NCBI GenBank assembly: GCA_040385065.1
Contig: JAZKIC010000027.1
Location: forward strand, 5,323-69,322
DNA length: 64,000 bases
DNA from: Pseudomonadota bacterium
Lineage (GTDB): Bacteria; Pseudomonadota; Gammaproteobacteria; Burkholderiales; Burkholderiaceae_C
Direction of reading: 5' to 3'
Position 1 is the first letter of the stretch. Each line of letters opens with the position of its first letter. The translations under genes were made by a program, and so were the position numbers. Shown here in pieces: positions 30,352 through 38,302 of this stretch. The notes under the pieces are model-generated. The model had not been told where the DNA came from, made no database searches, and saw only the letters and a program-made list of their open reading frames with translations.

Positions 30352-31524
30352 TCATGTTTGCACACCTGGGATTGACGAAGCAGCGGGCGCCGGTCGCGCA
30401 CCCGTAGCCGCAGAGAAAGCATCTGCGTCAGGGCTGTCAGGTAGTGGCAGGCCCTCGGCGAGCGCTACCTGCTCAAGAGCTGTCTCGAACAGCATGCGCG
30501 CGGCCCCGGCGACTCGCTGCAAATAGGCGTGCAACTGCGCGTCGGTCTCACTCCTGTTGGCACACTCGCCGCTGTAAATCTCAAAGTTGGAAATTTGCAG
30601 AAGCAACTCGGCCAGGTGGCTGGGGCATTCACAAGCCATCGCTGACGAGAGCCCTGCAAATTCGGTCAACCCGACGTCGGCAAACCGCGGCGCCGATACG
30701 AACTGGTCTGCAAGACTCATCGCAGCCGATGGGGCCAAGTCAGGGCTCTTGCGGGACGGCCCCACCTGGGTCGACATAGGTTGCAGCGCCGCCAGCCACT
30801 GGCCCAGTGACTCGTCATCTGCGGGTTCGTGGAACAACGCAGTGCGGGCTTCGGTCAACTCCGCGCGCCCGGCGGCACTTGAATAGCGGTAAACCACGGC
30901 CGCAGCATGTGCACGCCACGCGTCCTGGGCCCGACGCAAATCGTGTCGTGCGCCAGGCTGCAAACTCGCTGCCTGCCACAGCAGCAGATCGACACCAGCC
31001 TCGGGCTCGGCCGCACGCCGAGCCTCACGCTCTGCATCGGCCAATGAATCAAAAACACTCACCCATCGCAGCGCGAGCACACCGGGCAGACGGTCGACCA
31101 GTCTGTGCAGCCGATGTGCAAGAGCCCGACCCACCACTACGATCCTCATGCCTGCAGGATGCGGCAGAACATCACTCCCGCTCACAGACCCGGCAAATCG
31201 GGGTGCATGCATCATCTCGCGCATTTGTTCTATGTCCAGCGCTGCCAGCAAGCCAATCGCGTGTCCTTTCTCGGTGAGCCGGCGCAGCATGGTGACGCGC
31301 TCCACATCTGCCGCAGAGTACAGCCGATGTCCTGAAGCCGCAGTGGTGGGTCGCACCGCCTGGTAACGCTGCTCCCAGATTCGCAGGGTCGCCACGGGCA
31401 TTCCCGCCATGCGCGCTACTGCGCCGCTGCGAAAGGTCGGCTCAACCGGGCTGGGCACAGAAGCAGACCGTTTGGAGTGCTTCGGGGTATCGAAGCGTTT
31501 TGTGGGCTTAGTGGTGGTCATCAT
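30352..31524 (-). CDS. MerR family transcriptional regulator with a long uncharacterised C-terminal region
   Basis: 390-aa ORF. MerR HTH: FRSGAVARMAGMPVATLRIWEQRY ... SGHRLYSAADVERV. About 290 further aa, including a CECP...C motif near the C-terminus. Confidence 0.8.
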   Translation of the reverse strand: MMTTTKPTKRFDTPKHSKRSASVPSPVEPTFRSGAVARMAGMPVATLRIWEQRYQAVRPTTAASGHRLYSAADVERVTMLRRLTEKGHAIGLLAALDIEQMREMMHAPRFAGSVSGSDVLPHPAGMRIVVVGRALAHRLHRLVDRLPGVLALRWVSVFDSLADAEREARRAAEPEAGVDLLLWQAASLQPGARHDLRRAQDAWRAHAAAVVYRYSSAAGRAELTEARTALFHEPADDESLGQWLAALQPMSTQVGPSRKSPDLAPSAAMSLADQFVSAPRFADVGLTEFAGLSSAMACECPSHLAELLLQISNFEIYSGECANRSETDAQLHAYLQRVAGAARMLFETALEQVALAEGLPLPDSPDADAFSAATGARPAPAASSIPGVQT

Positions 31525-31562
31525 CTTGATGAGTTGGTTTTGAGTTCATTATGGCTGATGTT

Positions 31563-31578
31563 TCGGCGGAACCGCCGA
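31563..31578. promoter_or_regulatory. inverted repeat TCGGCGG-AA-CCGCCGA in the merR/HiPIP divergent region
   Basis: Read directly: 7-bp perfect arms. Lies between the MerR start (31524) and the HiPIP start (31665). Confidence 0.3.
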
Positions 31579-31664
31579 TATTTGCGGGATAGTAGCGCGA
31601 ATTGGGGCTACATTACGATTCAATAATGACTCAAATCAACCCTATTCTTCTTTACGGAACCTCG

Positions 31665-31967
31665 ATGAATAAGACTCGACGCACCTTCTTTATGACGCTG
31701 GCCGCTGGCGGCTCGCTTCTGACCACGGCCGCATATGGCCAGGCCAGGCTGGACGAAAAAGACCCGCAGGCCGTTGCCTTGGGCTATGTGGTGGACGCGA
31801 CGAAAACCGACGTCAAGAAGCAGCCCAAGTACGCTGCCGGCCAAGCTTGCAGCAACTGCGCCTTGTACCAAGGCAAGGCCAGCGACGCTTTCGGCGGGTG
31901 CCCGCTGTTTGCCGGCAAGCAAGTTGCTGGCAAGGGTTGGTGCAATGCCTGGGCCAAGAAGGGCTGA
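31665..31967 (+). CDS. high-potential iron-sulfur protein (HiPIP)
   Basis: 100 aa. Tat-type leader MNKTRRTFFMTLAAG, and cysteine pattern CSNCALY...GGCPLF...GWCNAW typical of HiPIP. Confidence 0.85.
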   Translation: MNKTRRTFFMTLAAGGSLLTTAAYGQARLDEKDPQAVALGYVVDATKTDVKKQPKYAAGQACSNCALYQGKASDAFGGCPLFAGKQVAGKGWCNAWAKKG

Positions 31968-32562
31968 GGTGGCTGATTCGGCCGTCACGCCTTTCAGAGT
32001 TCGAGGCCGCGCGTCAGGCGCAAGCCTGGGCGAACACTTGCCTGATTCGGTGATCGCCGATTTGCGAACCGACCACGCCGGGGAAGTCGGCGCGGTCTGC
32101 ATTTATCAAGGGGTGTTGCGCTTGACACGTGATCCCGCGCTGCGGGCGTTCGCCCAGCATCACCTCGCCACCGAACAAAGCCATCTGATTCAAGTGCAAG
32201 CCTGGTTGCCGCCAGTGCACTACAGCCGCTTGCTGCCCCTGTGGCGACTGGCCGGGTTTCTCACCGGCGCCCTGCCCGCGCTGCTGGGCCCCCGGGCGGT
32301 GTACGCAACGATCGAGGCGGTCGAGACCTTTGTCGACCGCCACTACGACGCGCAAGTACGCTCCCTGGCCTTGCTGCAAGCCCAGCCGTCGCTGGGGGCG
32401 CTACGCCAGATGCTGCTCGACTGCCAGTCCGACGAGGCCGCCCACCGCAACGAAGCAGCCGCCGCATGCGGTCCAGGCAAGCGGGGCGCTGCATTGCGCG
32501 CCTGGTGTGCCCTGGTCGGCGCGGGGTCGCGCGGTGCCGTTGCCCTTTGCCGCCACGTTTGA
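31945..32562 (+). CDS. coq7: demethoxyubiquinone hydroxylase (Coq7) family protein
   Basis: Di-iron carboxylate motifs DHAGEVGAVCIY, ATEQSHL, EAVETFVDRHY, SDEAAHRNEA. The start is uncertain: the ATG at 31945 overlaps the HiPIP 3' end, and the alternative GTG at 31969 does not. Confidence 0.7.
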   Translation: MPGPRRAEVADSAVTPFRVRGRASGASLGEHLPDSVIADLRTDHAGEVGAVCIYQGVLRLTRDPALRAFAQHHLATEQSHLIQVQAWLPPVHYSRLLPLWRLAGFLTGALPALLGPRAVYATIEAVETFVDRHYDAQVRSLALLQAQPSLGALRQMLLDCQSDEAAHRNEAAAACGPGKRGAALRAWCALVGAGSRGAVALCRHV

Positions 32563-32574
32563 TCCAGCGCTCGC

Positions 32575-33315
32575 ATGACCACCATCACGACCGAAATCGA
32601 ACGCTTCAACCGCCTCAGCTCGACCTGGTGGGACAGGCGGGGGCCGATGCGCCCCTTGCATGTGGTCAACACCTTGCGGCTGGACTACGTGATTGCGCAG
32701 ATCGCTTCGCACCTGGGGCGCGACCGCGCTGACGCGGTGGCTGGGCTGCGCATCCTCGATGTGGGCTGCGGAGGCGGCTTGCTGTCGGAAGCCCTGGCCC
32801 GACTGGGCGCCCAGGTTGTGGGCGTCGACGCCTCGCCCGGTAACGTTGCCGCGGCACGCCTGCATGCCGCGTCAAATGGCATCACTGTCGATTACCGTCT
32901 GGGTGAGCCGGCCGAGGCGTTGTCAGCCGACGAACGCTTTGACGTCCTGCTGGCGCTCGAAGTAGTCGAGCATGTCAGCGACTTCCCTGCCTTCCTTGCC
33001 ACTGCCGCGCGGTCCCTGGCATCGGGGGGCCTGTTGTTCGCATCGACCATCGACCGTACGTGGAAGAGCTTTATTTTTGCCATCGTCGGTGCCGAGTACG
33101 TGCTGCGCGTGCTACCGCGCGGCACCCACCAGTGGTCGCGGTTTGTGCGTCCAGGGGAACTGAGCGCTGCGCTGGCCCCTTCCGGGTTACAGCGCCACGA
33201 CCTGCGCGGCATGCGTTATGTGCCGCTACTGCACCGTGCCTCGTGGTGTCGGGACACACGGGTCAACTACATCGCCACCTACGCCCATGGCGCGCCGCGT
33301 AGTCACAACCCCTGA
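32575..33315 (+). CDS. ubiG: bifunctional 2-polyprenyl-6-hydroxyphenol / 3-demethylubiquinol O-methyltransferase
   Basis: 246-aa ORF. UbiG pattern FNRLSSTWWD, LRILDVGCGGGLLSE, FDVLLALEVVEHV, GGLLFASTIDRT, GAEYVLRVLPRGTHQW. Confidence 0.85.
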   Translation: MTTITTEIERFNRLSSTWWDRRGPMRPLHVVNTLRLDYVIAQIASHLGRDRADAVAGLRILDVGCGGGLLSEALARLGAQVVGVDASPGNVAAARLHAASNGITVDYRLGEPAEALSADERFDVLLALEVVEHVSDFPAFLATAARSLASGGLLFASTIDRTWKSFIFAIVGAEYVLRVLPRGTHQWSRFVRPGELSAALAPSGLQRHDLRGMRYVPLLHRASWCRDTRVNYIATYAHGAPRSHNP

Positions 33316-33459
33316 AGCCACGATGAAGCACGAGCGGCGGATTGCCAGGAATGCGTGCATGGACCTGCAGCTCACCGAGACTGCACGCATGACTGTGCAC
33401 AACGTGGGCTTGATGCGGCAGGCCGATGCAATACATCGCTTCGAAGTCGGGGTTTCGCT

Positions 33460-34686
33460 ATGAAGCTGCTCGACTCCTTCCCGCCAACACGCGACGCTGC
33501 GCTGGCGCGCATCGCTGCCGTGCGGCCGGGCGACTATGCGCGCAGTCGCAACGCACTGGAGGGCGCGGTTACCTGCCTGTCGCCCTACATCACCCACGGA
33601 CTGGTTAGCCTTCCCGAAGTGCTTGCAGGTGTGTCCGCCCGCCACCCCATCGATGCGCAGCACAAATTCGTCTATGAGCTGGGCTGGCGAGAATACTTTC
33701 GCCATGTCTGGGCATTTCGGGGTGATAGGATTTTCGACTCCCTGCACGACGGCCTGCTGCCGCAGGCGGTCTACGCGCCGCTGGTGCCGGCCGACATCCG
33801 CCAGGCGGCCACTGGCGTTCCGGTCATCGACACGGCGGTGCGCACTTTGTACGGGACAGGGTACTTGCATAACCACGCCCGCATGTGGCTTGCCAGCTAT
33901 GTCGTGCACATGCGCAAGGTGCACTGGCGCGCGGGTGCAGACTGGCTGTACGGACACCTGCTGGACGGTGACCTCGCCAGCAACCACCTTAGCTGGCAAT
34001 GGGTGGCTGGCACCGGCAGCAGCAAGCCCTACCTCTTCAATGCGGACAACGTCTCTCGCTATGCGCCTGCAAAATGGCACAGCCCCGAGAGTCTGATCGA
34101 CCAGACCTACGAAGCGCTCGACCGCATCGCGCGCCAGCCCGCAAGCCGGGGCCGTGCCGGGCATGAATTGCCCAAAGCCCAACCCGCGCTCATCGAGCCG
34201 CCCCTGAGCGCAGAGCCACCCCGAGAACTGAACTGGACACCGCCCGACGCGACGGCTGTTGCTGGCCGCGACGTCTGGCTGGTTCACCCCTGGAATCTGG
34301 GAGAGCTGCCCGGGTGGCTTCCCGCAGGCACGGTTGTGGTGGCCCTCTTTGTCACCGACTTCCACCAGGCGTGGCCGTGGAGCGAACGGCGCTGGCGTTT
34401 CGTCGCCAGCCGCATGGCCGAACTTGCCACGCTGCGCTGGCACGGTGATGCAGCGAGCATCGGAGCGGCACTGGCGAGTGCCCGTCGGGTGCACAGCATT
34501 GATGAGCCGCACCTTGAGCGCTGGCTGATGGGCTGGGCGGCGTGCGGTTCTGCGCCAGCGTTATTCCCGGCGGTCGACAGGCGCTGCGATTCGTTTTCGC
34601 AGTGGTGGACACGAGCCTCGCGTGGCATCACGTCAGCCTCCGAGTTGCTGGTGGCCCGCCAGGCGCCGACGTGGTGCACCCCATGA
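33460..34686 (+). CDS. photolyase/cryptochrome-related protein starting with the FAD-binding domain
   Basis: 408 aa from MKLLDSFPP. FAD-domain motifs CLSPYITHG, ELGWREYFRH, TGVPVIDTAVRTLYGTGYLHNHARMW, DGDLASNHLSWQWVAGTG. No N-terminal alpha/beta photolyase domain. About 190 extra C-terminal aa. Confidence 0.75.
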   Translation: MKLLDSFPPTRDAALARIAAVRPGDYARSRNALEGAVTCLSPYITHGLVSLPEVLAGVSARHPIDAQHKFVYELGWREYFRHVWAFRGDRIFDSLHDGLLPQAVYAPLVPADIRQAATGVPVIDTAVRTLYGTGYLHNHARMWLASYVVHMRKVHWRAGADWLYGHLLDGDLASNHLSWQWVAGTGSSKPYLFNADNVSRYAPAKWHSPESLIDQTYEALDRIARQPASRGRAGHELPKAQPALIEPPLSAEPPRELNWTPPDATAVAGRDVWLVHPWNLGELPGWLPAGTVVVALFVTDFHQAWPWSERRWRFVASRMAELATLRWHGDAASIGAALASARRVHSIDEPHLERWLMGWAACGSAPALFPAVDRRCDSFSQWWTRASRGITSASELLVARQAPTWCTP

Positions 34687-35075
34687 CCCCACCGACCAGG
34701 AACACGCCCGCGCTGACCGTTTTATACGACGGCGCATGCCCGCTGTGCCGACGCGAGATCGGCGTCTACCGCGACCTGCAACCGCTGCGGCCGGACTCGC
34801 CCGTGTGCTTTGCCGATGTGAGCGACGCGGCGGTGAAACTGCCGGCCGGCACCACGCGAGAACAGCTGCTCGCACGTTTTCATGTGCAAGGCCCCGGCGG
34901 GGAGCTCCTCAGCGGTGCAGAGGCCTTCCTGGCCTTGTGGGCGGCCCTCCCCGGCTGGCGCTGGCTGGCCTTCGCAGGTCGCCTGCCTGGAGCAAGCTGG
35001 CTGATGGAGCGAACCTACAGGCTTTTTCTGCGCTGGCGGCCGATGCTGCAGCGGTGGGCCTCCCGCCTGGACTGA
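34683..35075 (+). CDS. thiol-disulfide oxidoreductase DCC family protein (DUF393)
   Basis: 130 aa. Motif LYDGACPLCRREI. ATGA overlap with the upstream stop. Confidence 0.75.
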   Translation: MTPPTRNTPALTVLYDGACPLCRREIGVYRDLQPLRPDSPVCFADVSDAAVKLPAGTTREQLLARFHVQGPGGELLSGAEAFLALWAALPGWRWLAFAGRLPGASWLMERTYRLFLRWRPMLQRWASRLD

Positions 35076-35127
35076 AGGCTTCAGGCTTCGTCGTTTATTT
35101 TTCCCACTCAGATTCAAGACTCACTCC

Positions 35128-35859
35128 ATGACAGCTATTGTTCTCATTACGGGCGCCAGCGGCGGAATTGGCCGGGCCGTGGCACGGCAGCTCCACAGCC
35201 AGGGTTTGCGCGTCGCTGCAGTCGGGCGCGACGCCGACCGACTCGCGGACATCGAAGCGGCCGTGCGCATTACTGCCGACACGACCACACCCGAGGGCGC
35301 TGCACTGGCTGTTGCCGCCTGCCAGGAGACACTGGGCGCCGCGCCAACAATGTTGGCGCACTGCGTGGGCAGCACCTTGATTTCCCCGCTCCATCGCACC
35401 AGCGCACAAGCCTTGCGCGAGGTGATGCGCGTCAACCTCGACAGCGCTTTATTCATGTTGCAAGCCTGGATCGCGGGGCTTCAGGGAGGTCCCGGCACCG
35501 CCGTGCTCGCAAGCTCGGTGGTGGCACGCATCGGCGTGGCCAACCACGAAGCCATCGCGGCGGCCAAAGGCGGTATCGAGGCCCTGGTGCGCAGCGTGGC
35601 GGCTACTTACGCCTCGCAGGGACTGCGTGTCAACGCTGTCGCACCGGGGATGACGGAGACACCCATGACGGCGAACATGCTCAAGATGACAGCCATGCGC
35701 GAGGGTGCTGCACGACAGTACCCCTTGGGCGGGCTTCAGTCGGCCAACCAGGTGGCCGATGTCATGGCATTTCTGCTGGGGGACGGCGCAGCCCGGCTGA
35801 CGGGTCAAATCATTGCGGTGGACGGTGGCTTCACCACTGTCAGGCCCCTCGTGCGTTAA
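35128..35859 (+). CDS. SDR family oxidoreductase
   Basis: 243-aa ORF. TGASGGIGRA NAD(P)-binding motif, catalytic AAAKGG region replacing YxxxK context, PGMTETPM. Confidence 0.8.
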   Translation: MTAIVLITGASGGIGRAVARQLHSQGLRVAAVGRDADRLADIEAAVRITADTTTPEGAALAVAACQETLGAAPTMLAHCVGSTLISPLHRTSAQALREVMRVNLDSALFMLQAWIAGLQGGPGTAVLASSVVARIGVANHEAIAAAKGGIEALVRSVAATYASQGLRVNAVAPGMTETPMTANMLKMTAMREGAARQYPLGGLQSANQVADVMAFLLGDGAARLTGQIIAVDGGFTTVRPLVR

Positions 35860-35861
35860 CC

Positions 35862-36224
35862 GTGCTTGCGTTCATGAAATTGCTCAGTTCGATGAATCCG
35901 GATGTTGAAATTCGCCCGCAAACACGAATTACCCGCTTGTTCAAGAACTCTTCCAACTTCGTCTCTGAACTGACGCGGGGCGACATTTCTGCCGCGATCC
36001 AGATGGCCTGGGAAGACCGAACTTCCTTTGAAACCATTCAGGAGCGTCTGGGCTTGACCGAGCCGCAGGTGACGCGATTGATGCGGCGAGAACTCACGCG
36101 GCAATCTTTTGAGCTCTGGCGTGCCCGCATGAAGGGGAGGCTCACCAAGCACCGATCGCTGCGAAGCCAGGAAATGCCCTTTCACGATCGCGCTGTGGCC
36201 GACCACCGACGAGCCAACTGTTAG
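35862..36224 (+). CDS. TIGR03643/DUF2805-like protein (photolyase-neighbourhood family)
   Basis: Core IQMAWEDRTSFETIQERLGLTEPQVTRLMRRELTRQSFELWRARMKG matches my recollection of this family. The start could be the GTG at 35862 or internal ATGs at 35874 or 35892. Confidence 0.6.
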   Translation: MLAFMKLLSSMNPDVEIRPQTRITRLFKNSSNFVSELTRGDISAAIQMAWEDRTSFETIQERLGLTEPQVTRLMRRELTRQSFELWRARMKGRLTKHRSLRSQEMPFHDRAVADHRRANC

Positions 36225-36252
36225 CGCAACCTTCAATTGCTTGAAAGAACCT

Positions 36253-36420
36253 ATGACCGAAGACCTACGTTGCTGCGGAACTGGAACCTGCCTCATCAAT
36301 GCGGAAGGTTATTGCTGGTGTGGCCAGGAGTGGAATGGAGAAGTGATGTGTTTCCCCACGAAGCCAGAGCCCGCGGTCTCTGCCCTGGATGAGCCGACGT
36401 CTGGCGACGCGCCCGCGTAA
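36253..36420 (+). CDS. small cysteine-rich CWC-motif protein (55 aa)
   Basis: My own translation; the ORF is below the track cutoff: MTEDLRCCGTGTCLINAEGYCWCGQEWNGEVMCFPTKPEPAVSALDEPTSGDAPA. It has 7 Cys including CWC. It fills an otherwise empty gap on the operon strand. Confidence 0.45.
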   Translation: MTEDLRCCGTGTCLINAEGYCWCGQEWNGEVMCFPTKPEPAVSALDEPTSGDAPA

Positions 36421-36492
36421 TTCTTGACTTGGCCTGCCGAAACGAGCGGGCCTGTGACTGATTTCTTGTTAACTTTTTTTGATTCGCTTGCC

Positions 36493-37017
36493 ATGAACAT
36501 TTTGAAGCTATTGACCCACGGAAACGCTTTGGCAGAAATTTTCCTCGAGGGCCATAACCCCCATGCGCTGAGGAAACTTGACACGGCCGATGTGGATGAG
36601 TTGCGCCAGAAAATGCACTCGAACGAGACCTTGCAGGCCTACGTCATCGGTCGGATCGTCGGAGCTGGCCGTGGCGTCTGGGCCGTGACCGATCGGGCAG
36701 TGCTCTTGCGCCGCGCGCCATTGCAGGGAGTCGAGCGCATCGAACTCAAACAGTTGGAAAGCTTTGAGGCCGAGCGCGGACGCTATGGCCATTCGGTTCG
36801 CCTGAAAGCCCCTGGAAGACTGAGCAGCTTGTTTGGTGTGGACCGCGACCTTGCGCGTAGCTTTCACGACGCCTTGAAAGTCCGCGGCCTACCGAGCGAG
36901 TTCGAGGACAAGCCGGCCCGCAGCGCCTATTGGCAAGACGCGAGCCCCGCCGGATGGGCCCAGGACTGCCTTCGTGACGCACAACTGCGTCTGCATCCGA
37001 ACTCAATCGTGGGCTGA
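36493..37017 (+). CDS. hypothetical protein (possible bacterial PH-like domain)
   Basis: 174 aa from MNILKLL. The segment ETLQAYVIGRIVGAGRGVWAVTDRAVLL...IELKQLESFE resembles bPH/YokE-like domains. No enzymatic motif. Confidence 0.45.
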   Translation: MNILKLLTHGNALAEIFLEGHNPHALRKLDTADVDELRQKMHSNETLQAYVIGRIVGAGRGVWAVTDRAVLLRRAPLQGVERIELKQLESFEAERGRYGHSVRLKAPGRLSSLFGVDRDLARSFHDALKVRGLPSEFEDKPARSAYWQDASPAGWAQDCLRDAQLRLHPNSIVG

Positions 37018-37084
37018 CGTGCGACTGCACAAGCGCTGGCCGATGTCGCGGACAAATGCCGCGCTTGCCCAGCGGGCTTGATTT

Positions 37085-37104
37085 CCTCAGTTGATCAGCT
37101 GAGG
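37085..37104. terminator. 20-bp palindromic hairpin between convergent genes
   Basis: CCTCAGTTGATCAGCTGAGG: 6+3 bp arms with one T-G pair. Sits between the stop at 37017 (+) and the restored stop at 37110 (-). Confidence 0.35.
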
Positions 37105-37109
37105 TGGGT

Positions 37110-37585
37110 TCAACTCGTCCAGCGCATCAGCGTGACGAGCACGACGATCACACCGAGGCCGAGATTGATCGACACCCATGTACGTATCTGCGCCAGCGCA
37201 GCCCGCCGGCGGCCAGGTCAGAAGCTGCAACTGCGCGGCCCAGCCTCTTGTAGAGTGCGAACCGGATGTGCATGAAGATCGCCACCATGGCGACGCCGAG
37301 CGCCGCCATGACGGTCCAGGCCAGCGGCATGTCGAAGTTGCCACCGGACTGCACCACCTGCTTGGCCACACGCCCCAGCATCCAGACACCGGTGGCGAGG
37401 GTCAGCAACGACGCCACCAGCACGGCCTTGAAAAATCGGCCGAGCACATCGTGCATCAGGCGCAACCTGATCTGGGGGTCGAGCGCACCCACCGCGGGCC
37501 GAAGGAAGAAGTGTGCGAACAGCATGCCACCGACCCATAGGATGATGGACAGCACGTGCAGGGTTTTCAGGGTCGCGTAGATCAT
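37110..37585 (-). pseudogene. CopD-like integral membrane protein, apparent -1 frameshift near the 3' end
   Basis: ORF 37148..37585 encodes TM helices (LHVLSIILWVGGMLFAHFFLRP...) and then ends in RWRRYVHGCRSISASV. A second frame, from about 37203 to the stop at 37110, reads AALAQIRTWVSINLGLGVIVVLVTLMRWTS, a final TM helix. The junction lies in the GCCGCCGGCGGGC run at 37201..37213. Confidence 0.5.
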
Positions 37586-37694
37586 CGATCAGTTCCTTTT
37601 TTTTGGACTTCAGGCGAGGCCCACGATGCAGTCGCATCCCAGACCCCTGCCATGAACAGCAGACGGATCGTAGCAAGCCCTGCGACGCACGACA

Positions 37695-37916
37695 TCAAAA
37701 AGCCAAGAGCACGGCAACACCGTCGCGAAAGACCATCCCCAGCCCTATGAACGACAGAGCCACGGCTGGGAGCAAGTTGCCGAAAGGGGTCGGCAACACG
37801 ACGATGACGGCCATCAGTCCCACAGCTATCGCAACGCCCGATCGGCGCCCTGCCAATGCGAGATAGCTGAGCCTGGACTTTACGTGACCATGAAACGGTG
37901 GCCGCGAGCAAATCGT
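37695..37916 (-). pseudogene. possible ExoD-family C-terminal remnant
   Basis: My own translation of a 73-codon open frame with no proper start: ...LALAGRRSGVAIAVGLMAVIVVLPTPFGNLLPAVALSFIGLGMVFRDGVAVLLAF*. It resembles the conserved PxPxGNLLPAxA...ERDG segment of ExoD proteins. Confidence 0.3.
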
Positions 37917-37990
37917 CTATGGGGTGCTGAGACTCTCGGTTCGGTATAAAGCGATGACGACTCGGGAAAAAGAGAGAAAGAGATGGCGAC

Positions 37991-38302
37991 TCACGTTGCC
38001 AGTTCGAGGTCGAGAATTCGAACGTACTGTTGCCCGCCATGAAGGTCACGCTCGATGACGCCACCCTGGGGGTCTTTGCGGGGATATGAAATTTTGAGCA
38101 CCGCCAGACTAGGCACCGGATAGCAAAACACTTGGCTCGCCTCGGCACCCAGGACGCCGGCGAGGCGTTCGGGCGTTAGCGAGGCACTGCCTACGTGCTT
38201 GTCAAACTCAGACTTGTCTTTGAAGAACAGGTCTACCGTTATCCAGAACGGCCCGGCGTTCTTAGACCGGATGTAGCGGCAGACATCTTCGAGCTTAGAC
38301 AT
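37991..38302 (-). CDS. DUF4387 domain-containing protein
   Basis: 103-aa ORF: RSKNAGPFWITVDLFF...VLKISYPR. Overlaps the upstream AtuA-like gene by 8 nt, which is the usual DUF1446/DUF4387 pairing. Confidence 0.7.
   Translation of the reverse strand: MSKLEDVCRYIRSKNAGPFWITVDLFFKDKSEFDKHVGSASLTPERLAGVLGAEASQVFCYPVPSLAVLKISYPRKDPQGGVIERDLHGGQQYVRILDLELAT

Noticed and set aside
37582-38148. 188-aa minus-strand ORF
   Set aside because: It overlaps the DUF4387 gene and the decayed intergenic region. It is Arg/Cys/Ser-rich nonsense. A different frame gives the short ExoD-like remnant.
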